A stretch of DNA of 64,000 nt, from contig NC_068983.1 of NCBI RefSeq assembly GCF_001194135.2, positions 70,482,203 to 70,546,202 of the forward strand, given 5' to 3'. The DNA is from Octopus bimaculoides. Its lineage: Eukaryota. The position numbers and the translations under genes were made by a program. Under the pieces are notes generated by a model that did not search any database, was not told where the DNA came from, and was given only the letters and a program-made list of their open reading frames with translations. Of this stretch, positions 36,801-52,161 are shown piece after piece. How positions within the stretch are numbered: position 1 is the first letter of the stretch; each line of letters starts with the position of its first letter.

Positions 36801-37754
36801 GATTGGGAATTTCGAAAAATCCTGTTGTACTCATTTACATATAAAGGACCCACCACCAAAAAAACAAAAAACAAACAAGCACTAAATAAAAGTGTTCGAT
36901 TTCCTCTAAAAAGCTACTGAATAGTATGAAGAAATTCTGCTTTTCTGTCTGGCATGATTTCACTATACAAAAAATAGTATTTAATATACGATAAAATAGT
37001 ATCCTATTTTGGATTGCTTTTAAATATTGATTTTCAACGTCAAACGTGTATTGATTTATAAAATTAAATGTTTTTAAATATTAAACAGCAGTGGAGACGT
37101 TAACTGGTTAAATCGTGTTAGATTTCATACAGGCGAGTGATATCACACTTTCATCTAATATCAACGCTGCTATAATAAGCCTGGGGTGTCTTTATGCTTG
37201 TATCTAGTATTGCTTTCTTGCTCATGGAACCTACTGTTGCAGAGGGTAATATTCTTCATTGTATTATAATACCATTACACTGTTAATATATATCTTAAGC
37301 ATGCATTAAATTGCTGCTAGCAATGCACCGTTCAAAGTATTAATATTTTGATGTTAGAGAATAATATAAGTAGCCATTGAAATGACTGAAAGAGACCACC
37401 GAGTGTAAGTTTATCTTTCATCCTTTTGGGGTTAATAAAGAACCAGTTTAATACTGAAGTTTTCTCTCTCTCTGTGTCTCTCTCTCTGTCTCTCTCTCTC
37501 AGAATCAGCTACACTGTACTCTGAGAGAGTTTGCTGGAGATTACTTACAGAATTTTCTTCAATGTAAGGCGAACAATCTCTCCGTATAGAACCACACCCA
37601 ACCAAAGCAAAGAACAACTGAATATGTATAAAAAAACTCTATGGAACTTAAACAAGAAATAAAAAAAATAGTACAGCTATAATTAATTATTTACAATCTT
37701 AGTTCAGGATCAATAAAATAAATTTCGAAGTACCAACAAAGTAAAGCGATCGAT

Positions 37755-39077
<1,323 letters not shown>

Positions 39078-40669
39078 GTGAGTCATTGCCTAACAGATGG
39101 AACTAAGAGTGACTTTTAAGTTAATGATATGTCTAGCGAGGAATCAAAGATGGCTTCACCCCTGCGTTACGTGCAGCTGTCTCATTGATGGTAAATGAAA
39201 ACAGTTGCAGTAAGAGGTCAACTAACGACAGATCTCCATGCATGGACGATTAACCAACATCACCGACACATTAGCGAATAATAGATGCGCCTATATTTTC
39301 TATGAGAGCGACTACATCTGCAGTAGCTGCAACGATTGCAACAGTAGCAACAGCAGTCATACCAGCTGCATCAAAAATACTAAACTTACTAATAGTGTTT
39401 CTGGTGATATAGAAGCCAACAAGACTGTGTTTGCACAAATACTGTCAGGTGCAGCAGCTGCAATAGCAGAAGCAGTAGGAGTAGCAACAGCCAAAGTAAC
39501 AACAGCAGTAAGAGAAGCCTGCGACGACTGCAGCGACGTGAGCTAATAGAGGAACTGTAGGTTGTTACTTGACCTACAAGAAATATCAGTTAAATCTCTC
39601 TCATATCACAGCTAAATGTATTTTAGAAAAACAAAGGCAGATATATTTAATAATGCTATCTGAGATATATTGTATCAGAAAATCCAGGAAAGTCATTATT
39701 AGAGTGGCTTTGTTCATAAATAAATCTGCCTCGTCAATGTTACCTTGGGCTACAGCAGCGATAGAAGTGGTAGCAGAATTCATCTAGAATGGAGGAAATA
39801 GCTTATTGATGTTTGCTGAGTAAGTCAGGAGTGGTAACACTCTTGACTTAGGCAAGTGGTCTAAACTTTAACATTGTCTGCGCCGAGAAAGATATAAATT
39901 TAGCCCCTGGAGGAGTAGATCAAAGGAAGGGAAAGGTTATAGAGCCTTGAAATAATTTTTCTTTTTTAGAATCAGCTGGTAGATTGGATCATTCCTCAAA
40001 ACACGGAAATTTGTAAGTTAGATGTCCAGTTTAAATGAGAGGAAGAAACGAAGATATACCACCTCGTTTCAGCGCTTGACAAAATACTCTGTTCTACTGT
40101 TATCGAGGGAGATGGGTTGTATTCATTGAATCAAATAATATCTAACCTGATGTCTTCTTTAGCCACTTGACATCCTTTTTCGTGGAATATGAGGGTGTGC
40201 TGGATGTCAAATTCGAGACAAGTATTAAATTACTAGAATTCTAGGTGTTGCTCATATTCCTCTCTGCTACCATTTCATATGTAGACATCGTTACTATCAT
40301 GGAATCGGACATCACGTGAATCGAAGTAAAGAGAGTCTTAGCGGAGGAATATGAAGTGTTAATATGCATAACGATCAGCTAAAACATCAGAATTTGAAAC
40401 CAGGATGCAAAGAACCAAATGAAATATTAGAAAGCATTTTGTTCGATGCTCTAACGATTCTACCAGCTCACTGTCATCCTCTGCAATAAATAGCGACAAA
40501 TATTCAACAGCTTTATTCAAATAAATAACACTAAAATACTTCAACTAACTCTCTTATGCTTTCACCTTCCTTTGTTTTGCTATCACGTGTGTCATTGTAA
40601 AAAATGAATTTCTAACACTAGAAAATGTTATTACTCAACAACTCAAACGCAGAGATGTAACTAATGCTA

Positions 40670-40925
40670 CACTACTCTAGTAGGCACTTGTTTTATTGAC
40701 TTCTGAAGAATGAAAGTGAGAACTTTGAACCACAATATAAAAATAAAAAAGCAATTCGACGAAATATCACGACGCCATTTTGTGGGCAAAATATATATTT
40801 CTTACAATAGCACAACCCATCACTTTTGGGGGAAGGTACAGTCTATTGTATTGCATCGTTCCAAGTACTTCTCTGTACGTTGCAAAAACATTTTATCCGA
40901 CGCGCTAACGATTCTGACGATCCAT
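40670..40925 (-). mobile_element. SINE family A, degraded
   Basis: ttttattgacttctgaagaatgaaag...ctaacgattctg. Confidence 0.55.
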
Positions 40926-41469
40926 TGTGTTCTTGCAGTTTTATGATGTTATTGTTTTTTTTTGTTTTTGTCTTTTATGATGATGGCACCGGCGAATAGT
41001 GGGAGTATATGGGTATATTGTGATGGTGATGATGATGATTTTTCTTTTTGGCGGGAAGCAGATTGAGGAAATGGTATTTATGAAAATGATGAACACGTTG
41101 ACGATGGCCATGATAAGAATGACGATGATGGATGATGATTGAGATGATTGAGATGATGATGATGATGATTGTAATTATAATGATGGTGATGATGATGGCA
41201 AGTAGTAAGATAGAGACGATAACGAAGATAGAGATTATTATCGATGGTATGGATGATAGTGCAGTTGCCCTTTTACTGGCATTAAATTTATAATGATATA
41301 AGCGAAACTATCTACCACAACTACTAATACTACTATTACAGCTCTTGCTTTTTCTATGACATTATAATTGCTAACTCCGTTGCTGACCACTGTCTTGTCA
41401 ATGTTCGTGCTTTCAGAAACACGATGAAGAGATTAAGAACTAATTTTAGTTTTATATTATATTAATAAT

Positions 41470-41860
41470 GATTTCTATAATAAGCAGAAGGTCAGAAATT
41501 TTAATGGGATTGTATAGACGATTAAGTCAGCCAAACCACTTGAGTGGTATTTATTTTAATGACTCCTGAAGGATGAAAGATAAAATGAACCTCAGCAGGA
41601 TTTGAACGCAGGATCATGCAAATACTGAACTAAATATCACAAGGCATTTTCATCACCTCTCTACCGATTGTACCAAGCAACTGCAGTGAACTGGGGGAAA
41701 TATTATTATCGTTAATTGAATGAATTGTCTTGCATATTTAGTTTAGGTTCTGAGTTCAAAGTTTCCAGGGTCGATGAAATAAAGTACAAATTAAGATTGA
41801 GGCTATTATAATCGAATATACTCCTCTCCTTAAATTCGAGGCCTTGCGCCTCAAATTTGT
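41470..41860. mobile_element. Two degraded SINE family A fragments in opposite orientation
   Basis: gactcctgaaggatgaaagataaaatgaacctcagcaggatttgaac (minus) and gttctgagttcaaag...gggtcgatgaaataaagtac (plus). Confidence 0.6.
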
Positions 41861-41916
41861 CAGTACGACATAATCGTTTTGAAGAATTTATTAATAATTT
41901 GTTACTTAAGCATATG

Positions 41917-42215
41917 TGGAGTCGCAATAGCCCAGTGGTTAGGGCAGCGGACTCACGGTCATAGGATCGTGGTTTCGATTCCCAAACCGGGCATTGTGAG
42001 TGTTTATTGAGCGAAAACACCTAAAGCTCCACGAGGCTCCGGCAGGGGATGGTGGCGAACCCTGCTGTACTCTTTCTCTCACTCTTTCTTCCTGTTTCTG
42101 TTGTGCCTGTAATTCAAAGGGCCAGCCTTGTCACACTGTGTCACGCTGAATATCCCCGAGAACTACGTTAAGGGTACACGTGTCTGTGGAGTGCTCAGCC
42201 ACTTGCACATTAATT
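41917..42215 (+). mobile_element. tRNA-derived SINE family C
   Basis: Head ggagtcgcaatagcccagtggttagggcagcggactc...ggtttcgattccc (A/B boxes) followed by a non-tRNA body. Confidence 0.75.
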
Positions 42216-43419
42216 TCAACTGGAACCCGCGACGGAGTGCTAGCAACAACTTAAGCATATTTATAGAGTGGAAGAAACAATGCTGTGTAATGCTTATATC
42301 ATTTCTAAGATATTTTACTAACGAAAGGAAAACGCTTCAGTTTAGTTCCGCAGATTTGTTATTTTAAAGTGTTGTTTATATATTAGTTTATAACAATGAC
42401 TGAAGACAATATATTTGCTGGGGAAATATACAGTCGAGTGAATCGTCCCCTCTACAGTGAGGGAGCTTTTACGCAGACGTTCAGCAAGCAAGAAATAGCA
42501 TCTAACTTTCCCTCAAATCAACCCCAGTCTTAGAACAAGGTATATCGGATAATGCGATCTTGTTTCTTATACATAGCAGAAAGTGCGTTGGTTACTGTTG
42601 GAATGACTTTGATCTGCTGGATCACGACTGACCTTTAGGTAAACTTTAGCTAAACAGTAATGACAAGTGGCAGTTATTTTATTGATCTGTGCGATGAATA
42701 TGCTCACATATCTGGGACGGCGCTCATTGTATCTAAAATACGTTTGGCTTTGCATGCGGGATTGAAGCATAAACTAGATGTAGTCTAGATGTACATTGTC
42801 AGCACTATTTCATTTAGTATACCTTTACATTGTCAGCAATAATACATCTACATGTTTGTATTGTTAGCTCTTCTACACTTTGTACAGCTTTAGATTCTCA
42901 GAACTAAATAATTTTGCACACCTGAATGTTGTTAGAACGTAGCTTGTCTCTCTATATTATAGCATTGATAGTATATAATGTTCTCCTATAGTTGTTGAGT
43001 CCAAGTAGACCCTAATCAAGCAAATATAAGATCAAAGACATTCTAGCCAGAATTCCAATCTTTTTACGGATAGAGGACTATAGTAGTCAATGTCCTTTAT
43101 GACAGCAAAATGCTTTTTGGAGAATACTAGACTAATATTTCTTGCACAAAGCAAGCAAATCCTCTCTTCCGTTGCCGTGAACATACAGTATAGAGAAGTG
43201 ATGGGTGTCTACATAATTGAGAGTTAGTAGGTGTGTATGAAGTTCAGAAATCTGTATGAGTAAGAAAGTTGATAAATCCGTACATGGTACAGCAGTCATT
43301 TATTTATATGTCGTAGAAAGTCGATATGTTCTTATGTTTTACACTTAGTTGATAATTATATTTCAAGCACTGTACGGTCATTACCCTATGGAATGAATTC
43401 CCTTTATTATTACTATTAT

Positions 43420-43433
43420 CATCATCATCACCA

Positions 43434-43502
<69 letters not shown>

Positions 43503-43582
43503 TTTATTAGTTGAACGATATTTCAACAGTCTCTCTTTGTCAAGTTCAAAATAAGAAGTGATAAAAATTCACAATTATAGAA

Positions 43583-43639
<57 letters not shown>

Positions 43640-43672
43640 GTTGTTGTTGTTGTTGTTGTTGTTATCATCATC

Positions 43673-43769
<97 letters not shown>
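43420..43769. repeat. (TTA)n arrays with (TTG)n and (TCA)n, at the 3' end of the R4/Dong-like LINE
   Basis: Direct reading. Confidence 0.95.
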
Positions 43770-43771
<2 letters not shown>

Positions 43772-45978
43772 TAGTCGTATTTTTATCATGTGCTTTCACT
43801 GCACTACCGAGCGCAGTTCTGTGTGTTTTAGGTATGTGCTGTGGTTTGTTGTGATGCTCTTATCGTTATTGTATTGAAAGTGTTTTACGTAGGATGTGTG
43901 CGGTGCATATTAGTGCTATTTTCTGTATGTTATATATACTTGTTAGTCCTGGTGTTTTTGTTATGTATTTGACTGAATATTTTTTTATCATACCTAATGC
44001 GCCTACAATGATAGGAATTGTTTTTGTTTTTGGACTCCACATTTGAGTTACCTCTATTTTCACGTCTTTGTATTTTGTTAGCTTCTCCATTTCTTTTAGA
44101 GAAACGTTGTTATCTGTTGGTATTGATACATCGATTAGAAAGCATTTTTTCTTAATGATCTCTGACGACGATATCCGGCGTGTTGGCCTTAATTTCTCTA
44201 TCCATGTGTATTGGCATATCCCATAGTATGGTTGCTTTCTCATTTTCTGTGACCTTTTCTGGCGTGTGTTTATACCATCTTTTTTCTGTTGTTATTCCAT
44301 AGTGTTGGCATAGCTTCCAGTGTATACAGATCCCAACTCTGTCGTGTCTGTGAATATATTCCTTCTTAGCCAGGACTGGGCAGCCAGAGACAATATGGCT
44401 TATTGTTTCTTCTCCATCTCCACATATTCTGCAGTTACTTGTTATGTTTCTTTTCATTATACGTTTTTGGTAATTTCTGGTGGGGAGGCTTTGGTCTTGT
44501 GCTGCAATTAAAAATCTTTCAGTCTCTGCTTTGAGTCCCGAGCTTCTCAGCAGTTGTTGGAATTTTTCTGAGTCTATTTCTTTTGCGTTTAGTTTAACCC
44601 AGCATTTACCATGAAGGGGCTTTTTTGCCATCGTTTTATTATGATTTGTTGCTGTTCCAGTTTTGGTTTGGATTTCAATTGTTTTACAGCCTTTGTTGTT
44701 TCTTGTTTTTCTTCATAGTTGTTCGGTAGTATGATTTCTATTTTTGTAGTGCTATGGTGGTTAATTTGTATTAGTTTTCTAGCTGTATAAGGCCTCTACC
44801 ACCTTCCATATGTTGTTTACATAACCTTTCTATGTCAGATTTTGGATGGTGCATCTTAAATCCTGTCATTATTTTTCTTGTTTTTCTGTCTATTTTGATT
44901 AGTTCATTTAGTGTCCAGTTAAAGATATTATAGCTGTAACTTATAACTGGAACAGCTAGAGTGTTGATACTTGTTATCTTGTTTTTCGCATTGAGCTTTC
45001 TTTTCAGTATTAATCAAATTCGTCTATAGTATTCTTTTAAATTTTTTTCCTTTCATTTGTGTGTGTTGTATCGGATCTAGTTCATTGATTCCTAAGTATT
45101 TGTATGTCTGGTTTTGCTGTAATTCTCTTATTTCATTTGCTTTATCTAGCGTGATGTTGCTACTCTTAACTAGTTCTCCTCTTTTCGAGGTTGCCATTTT
45201 TCGAAGTCAGATTTCATGTTTATTTCTTTGGTAAATCCATGTACTGTATGTAGTAATGTTTCCAGCTGTTTATCATTTGTAGCGTACAGTTTTAGGTCAT
45301 TGATATATAAGAGGTGGCTGATTGTTTTGTCGTAACAGTTGTATTCACATTCAGTTCTATTTAGCATATCAGATAAAAGTGTCAGTGCCAAGTAGAAAAG
45401 GAGTGGAGAGGGCGTGTCTCCCTGGAATATTCCTCTTCTAATGGGGATTGCTTTGGTTTTTATGAGTCCTTCTTTTGTCTGGAGCTGTAGCACTGTCCGC
45501 CATTTATTCATTGAATGTTTTTATATATTTTATGATTATTGGTGCTACCTTGTTCATGGCTAGTGTTTCTAGGATCAACCTGTGAGAAATACTATCAGAA
45601 GTCTTTTGGTAATCAATCCAGGCCATACTTACACCCTTCTTCTTTCTGCGGCTGTCTTCAGTTATGGCTTTATTGAGCATTAGCTGATCTTTACAGCTGT
45701 TTGAGTCCTTGCAGCATCCCTTTTGCTCTTCTGGAAACAGGTTGTTTTCTTCCAGGTGCTTACTCAATCTCGTGTTTTACAGTCCTAGTGCTTATGATAT
45801 TATTTGGCATTGCTGTGTGGTTACTATCTACATTTTCCTGATGTATTTTTCCTTTTAAGTGTTCTATTTCTATTTCTGATATTTTTTTTTGTCTTGAGAA
45901 TATATCTTCGTATGTTAGCTAGTTTATTAGGGTTCGTTGTTGTATCCAAATCTTTATGTAAGTTGTTTTTCTTCCAGA
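43770..45978 (-). mobile_element. R4/Dong-like RLE non-LTR retrotransposon, internally deleted and degenerate
   Basis: RT: EEQKGC, WIDYQK, IRRGIFQGDTPSPLLF, HLLYINDLKLY. CCHC: CRICGDGEETISHIVSGC. Nuclease: RHDRV...TPDIVVRD...CFLIDVSIP...IPIIVGALGMIK. Stop at 43866, then a 3' (TAA)n tail. Confidence 0.92.
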
Positions 45979-45982
45979 TTTT

Positions 45983-46615
45983 ATTATTATTCAGTAGTTT
46001 TATTTTTATAACGTGCTTTCACTTCACTACCGAGCGCAGCTCTGTGCGCCTTGGGTATGTGCTGTGGTTTGCTGTGGTGCTCTTATGTTTACTGTATTGA
46101 AAGTGTTTTGCGTAGAATGTGTGCAGTACCCAGTAGTGCAATTTTCTGTATGTTATATATATTTGTAAGTCCTGGTGTTTTTGTTATGTATTTGTCTGAA
46201 TATTTTTTTATTATACCTAAGGCACCTACTATGATAGGAATTGTTTCTGTTTTTAGATTCCACATTCGAGTTATCTCTATTTCCAGGTCTNNNNNNNNNN
46301 NNNNNNNNNNNNNNNNNNNNNNNNNNNNNNNNNNNNNNNNNNNNNNNNNNNNNNNNNNNNNNNNNNNNNNNNNNNNNNNNNNNNNNNNNNATCAATTAGA
46401 AGGCATTTTTTTCCTTCATGATCTTTGACAACTATATCTGGTCTATTTGCCTTAATTTCTCTATCTGTGTGTATTGGCATATCCCAGAGTATGGTTGCTT
46501 TCTCGTTTTCTGTGACCTTTTCTGGCGTGTGTTTATACCATCTTTTTTCTGTTGCTATTCCATAATGTTGGCATAGCTTCCAGTGTATATAGGTCCCAGC
46601 TCTGTCGTGTCTGTT
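45983..46615 (-). mobile_element. Second, 5'-truncated copy of the R4/Dong-like LINE, head-to-tail with the first
   Basis: MPIHTDREIKANRPDIVVKDHEGKKCLLID; 3' UTR matches 43770-43870; bounded by TAA repeats at 45980-45990 and 46616-46710; contains a gap. Confidence 0.9.
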
Positions 46616-46647
46616 TATTATTATTATTCTTCTTCTTCTTCTTCTTC

Positions 46648-46706
<59 letters not shown>

Positions 46707-49700
46707 TTATTTATTTATTTTTTTCAGGCCCGACTTACAAATTTTCAAAATGAGTCCTTTTCCAATGGCCAAAGAACTTCATGTATAATGTATCCGTCTG
46801 ACTGAACCACTAAAATTATAATACTATGCAGCTATTTCGAAGTATCTAGGAGCGCTGCGGAGTTTGTAGATTAAAAAACAAACTGCATCTTTGGATTTTT
46901 CTTAAATATTATCAGTCAAGTGTTGTAAACAGTTCAAAAGTTCAATAAATTGGTTTGTCGTAAAGTGGTAGAAAATTTTAACGATTCAAGTTACATCTTT
47001 CATCCAGTTAATGAATTCTTGCTGATACAGGCTTGTTTAGACTTTCGACAGTTATCTTATCACTCAGTGTATAAACCAAGACATCTGGGCGTCAAGTTTG
47101 GAATCTACGCCAGACATCGGTGTCGATGGATGTTTAGTTTTACTGGTCGGTACACAATCTTCATGTCATGATTTTCTAAGCAATATATCCAGGGTCATTT
47201 TATTAAGTCCACTGAGAATGATAATTCAATTATAAGAGCAGTGTGTCCAGTCCAAGGAAAAGAGAGAAAGAGAGAAAGAGAGAGAATGAGAGAGTGAGTG
47301 AGTGTGAGTGAGAGAGAGGGTAGGGGAGAGGAAAGAAAAGTGGTAACTGCTACTAGCCTCTATTGCTTGTTTGAACAGTTTTGATAGGAGCTTTTAATAC
47401 ATGTAATTTTGACGCCAATACGTAGTGTTTCCAATACTCAAGGTATGATAGCAATAAATTATACTATCAGTTGAAATATGAACGACCTGCATTTGATTGT
47501 TTTAAACAAAGCTTTTACGTCATTTCCTTGTCCATTCTGTTTATCACAGTTAACGTAGTTGCACAGTGTAGCCATTTGTTAACGAATAATAAAATTCAAC
47601 AACCATTATTTCAATATTTATAACAGAAATAATGAGAAAATATCTCTTTCACGCGTCCGGACTTGTTAGCAAGAGCCTATACAGGTTTTCTTACAGTTTG
47701 ACATGGCTGGAGTTGTGAAGATCAATAGTTTGACAAAATTAGTAACTGGAGACACAATTCCAGTTTGTTTGTTCATCTTGTTTATTAAACTGGGTATTAA
47801 CGACATGGTTGTAAACATTTTTCAACTTATCAATCTATCTGCCAGTCTGTCTGTATAAATGTCTATATGTCTGTCTGTCTTCCTGCCTGCCTATCTAGCA
47901 ACCTGTTTTTCTGTCTATTAAACTCCATTTCCTTCCCGCTTCCATTTTTTTTAATCCCCCAAGCTGAGCTTGTGTATGTATGTATGTATGTATGTATGTA
48001 TGTATGACTGCATGCATGTGTATGTATATATGCATCTACATATACACGTACGTTTGGTAGTGTCTTGCATATGAAATACCATATGAAATATAGTGAGTTG
48101 AAAAACTACAATCATCTGAAATTAATTGTATAATTAATTAACCAAAACTCTGTTGATATATTTTTTTTTAAAAGGGAGAAAACGCTAATACAATCGATTG
48201 ATCGAAATTGTTCTGACATTATATATGATGTTGATTGGAGTAAATGTGATCTTTAAAGCATACCAATGAAAGAAAAATTAGATTACCTCAACAGAATAAC
48301 TCCAGCAGCTTCCGGTCCACTCCCGGTCCCCGGAAAAGATTCTGTTCCTCAGAAATCACTGTACTAATTGTCCTATAAAATATTACAATGTTAAAAATGT
48401 AATTGATAATGCGAAATTGTTTTTTTTTTCTTTCAGCCGACTTGTCATCCCGAGTACGGAGTGCGGACAAAAACTCAGCGACAGCTGCGCTAACAATACT
48501 CCGATATTACAAAACACATTAGCAACGTTAGATATGATGGCGAGCATTCAGCCACAGTTACTCTATCATTAAATGTAACAGAATAGGAGCTGCCTATTCT
48601 GAATATGGCCACATATTTTCTATTATTTTCAAGTACCTCGGCTTAACTAATGCTTAACTAATTGATGTTGGTGACTAATAACATAATTCCATATTTAATG
48701 CTATCAAATCGAAATTTGTTGGAATATATCTAACACGGTTATTTCTAATTGACATTTTTTTACTAATACCTTCTAATGCAGATTAATGGCTAAGGAGAAA
48801 TAATAGCAATTGAATTAATGTTCAGTCCACAACAAATAAAGATATCAGTAATAAAAATTAAACAATGTAGAGAGTTACAGTAATAGCAAGAATAGCAAAG
48901 CCAAAACTATTTGAACCTGCATTGAACCTGACGAATATGTAAATATCTGATTTCCTTGTAGGCAGTTACAACAATCATTTACCATTATATAATTTTTCCA
49001 TATTGAATTATCAAATGTGTGCGAGAAACCATCAAACTTTGATTACCAAACAACATGAATTTTCATATAAACGAATAGATATTTTCGTAAATAAGAAAGA
49101 ATAATTTTTTGCCCAAACTGTATTAAACGCAGATTTCATGAAATCTTAAGACTTATAACCAAGAAAGAGTATCCATATAGTATGGGAAAAAAGACAATTC
49201 TCTTTGCCCTGAAAATTGTAATAGAGTAGCTGGAAAAAAGGAAAAGTATTGTTCTACATGGCAATCCAGTTAAACACAAAATAAACGATATGGTGAAAAA
49301 TGCAGGAAAGAAAGCAATAAGTTTTGAAACAACGTTGTGAATAAATAAATGGCAAAGTTTTAGTGTTTCTAGAGCAACACCTTCTATCGGCAAGATATAG
49401 CAAATTTGATTTTAATGGGAAAGCTCAGGAATTTAATGCAACAGCATTAAAGCTATTATTAAAGGCTTCATATACAGCATATTTTGTGTTTTAAAAGAAT
49501 TAAATCTAAACACGCAAGTCACAGGCGTAAATATTTTAAAAGTTCATGAGAAAGTGTAAGCAACAATTACAAAATTGACTTTATGGAATTCACAAATTCT
49601 AAAAGAAAATTTCAAGTTCTTTTAAGCAGCATCTGAACTTCTAGGAAATCATTGCGAAATATACTTGAAATAAGATGTACTTTCTGCATCAATTCAAGGA

Positions 49701-50684
49701 ATTTTCTGGCAGTTAATAAAGCTTTTAAATGAATAGTTTATCCTCAAACCATGCCAACCAACAAAATGTGAATTAAAGATCAATTCAGTGCAAAAAAAAA
49801 AAAAGAAAAAGAAGAAATGCTACAGCTAAATGAACTAGAAGTGATTTCTTTAATTGAACTTTCATGCAACGCTATTTTGAAGCAAAGATATGAGGTTGAT
49901 GTGAAACTGGATTTTCTGTTTTGGTTTTCTTAAAAAATAAAAAAAAGTATTGGAACAGTTTTATGTGGAGCAGGAATTAAGGCGAATAATTAATTTCTAT
50001 TTCCTCAAATGTACAACTGTATTGTGGTAACAAGCAATGCCACGAGGGGTTGTTTGCTATCACACACCTGTACACATAAAACAAAATGATAAGCTTCACA
50101 CATATATAGCATACACAGCATACATTTAAACACCTATTGCCTCGGCGTAGCTTCAGAAAAAACCCTGTACACATACGTCCACGTATATATATGAATATGC
50201 ACGCATTTATACAAACTCAGAACACAAAGACCAATATGCAATTAGATATATTACTCACTACAAACTTACACGCACACCCATCCAAAAATACTTACTCATA
50301 ACAAGAAAACAAAAATTCCACTCCACCCAAGACAAAATACCACTAGTATCACACCATACATACACACATATCACAAACAAATAATGGGCCTTACAGCAAA
50401 AACACAGTACACCAAAATTATTCATTCAAAAAATGATCATTCATTTAAAGCATATTAATGCCCTATAGTTATGTTCTTAACTTCACCGCTTTCACCAGTC
50501 ATAATCATTCATAAAGAAACTCACCCCAATATTTCTCATTTAGTTTCTTTGACTACTGGCAAAATGACAGTCATACCAAATTGCCAATCAAGCCGCGCAC
50601 ACATGCACACAAATACTTCCTTGAGTAAATGTAAAAAAAACCCGACAAATTCTGAAGAAATACAAACTCACACATACGCGCGCG

Positions 50685-50688
50685 CGCG

Positions 50689-50748
<60 letters not shown>
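50685..50748. repeat. (CG)n-(CA)n microsatellite
   Basis: Direct reading. Confidence 0.95.
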
Positions 50749-50749
<1 letters not shown>

Positions 50750-51929
50750 CAAAGTATATAAATATACCACAAATACCAGTTGTAACAGTTTTCAGCTGAG
50801 GATCGCAGTGACACGAAACTAGAGCCGCGAAACAAACTCAGTTTCAATTTCAATAATAAAAAAAACCATATCCATTATAATAAGTGTTGAACATTCCTCA
50901 CTCATTCGACTGACGTACGTAATATCCCCTCCCTACATACACACACATATAGAGTTAGATGGACATTGAGATTAATGTGTGTGTGTGCGTCTATCTTTAC
51001 ATGTACATACATACGGTATTTACATGGATACAATAGGGTCTCAAATGTAGAGCGAACTGCGAGTGTAACTATAGTTACGTATAATTTTGGTAGCAACTTA
51101 TAAATCGCATAAAGTACATAAAACGCCAAAAGTATAAAACCTAAAAATGAAAACCGCTAACACTGCTGTCGTTTCCATTTTTACCTAGTCACATTAACAT
51201 AAAAGCCATTGAGAAAAAGCTTAGCATGGGACTTAAAATGAGTTTGTGATTTAAAAATAATCAAAGATGATTCACCATATGATTTTTCAAATAGCTTCAC
51301 TTATTATTTTTCTTTTGCTGTTCGTCAGTGTCCCATTTCGTAATCTTATTTATTTTCAGTAAAAGTAATCACCGTAGTTACAACCTGATCATTTCACGAT
51401 AGGTTATCTTCTATTTCATTCAGTTTTTCTTTTTACTGATGCCAATTTTCAAAACATATCGTAATACGCATGCGAAAAAGCAGCGTTGTGAGTAAAACAA
51501 ACGTTTAAATCATTTCAAATATGTTTAGGATATATTTGACCCGTACAAAGGCTGTCTACTCAGCTTTTTGCCGTTGGAAATATTTCTTGCTTTAGTCAAT
51601 AGGTACCAAAAGACCTCAACGGTCGTTTCAAGCCATCTTCTGGCGGAAGCGTCGAATGCATCTTTAGCTTCTTGGCTATCATTAGCACCGTTAAAATTTC
51701 AAGAAGCTTTCGGAAATCACTCATATGCTTAGCATTCTAAGCCACGTTAATCTAAGTGGAGACAGCAGCAAGGCTATTCTTTTTGTGGGGATGTGGGTGT
51801 GAAGGAATATACAATATCAGTTGCTACATGTCTTTGTTTTGATATAATTTTTTTCAAGGTAACATCCAAGGACTACAGAATAGTTATGAAACCATATAAA
51901 TTTACAATTTGATGAATTTTCCTATTTTA

Positions 51930-52161
51930 TCTTCTTTATTGCCCACAAGGGGCTAAACATAGAGTGGACAAACAAGGACAGACAAAGGGATTAGGTCAAT
52001 TACATCGATCCCAGTGCGTAACTGGCACTCAATTTATCGACCCCCGAAAGGATGAAAGGCAAAGTCGACCTCGGCGGAATTTGAACTCAGAATGTAACGG
52101 CAGACGAAATACTGCTAAGTGTTTCGCCCGGCTTGTTAACGATTCTGCCTGCTCGCCGCCC
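51930..52161 (-). mobile_element. tRNA-derived SINE family A, well preserved
   Basis: Minus strand starts ggcggcgagcaggcagaatcgtt...gttctgagttcaaattccgccgaggtcgactttgcctttcatcctttcggggtcgataaa. Confidence 0.9.

Noticed and set aside
39238-39787. Ala/Ser/Thr-rich ORFs on both strands
   Set aside because: Best explained as an eroded (GCA/GTA)n cryptic simple repeat; no domain or consistent frame.
45804-46100. 98-aa hydrophobic plus-strand ORF (also 43558-43877 and 44320-44511)
   Set aside because: Antisense shadows of the R4/Dong-like LINE and its microsatellite tail.
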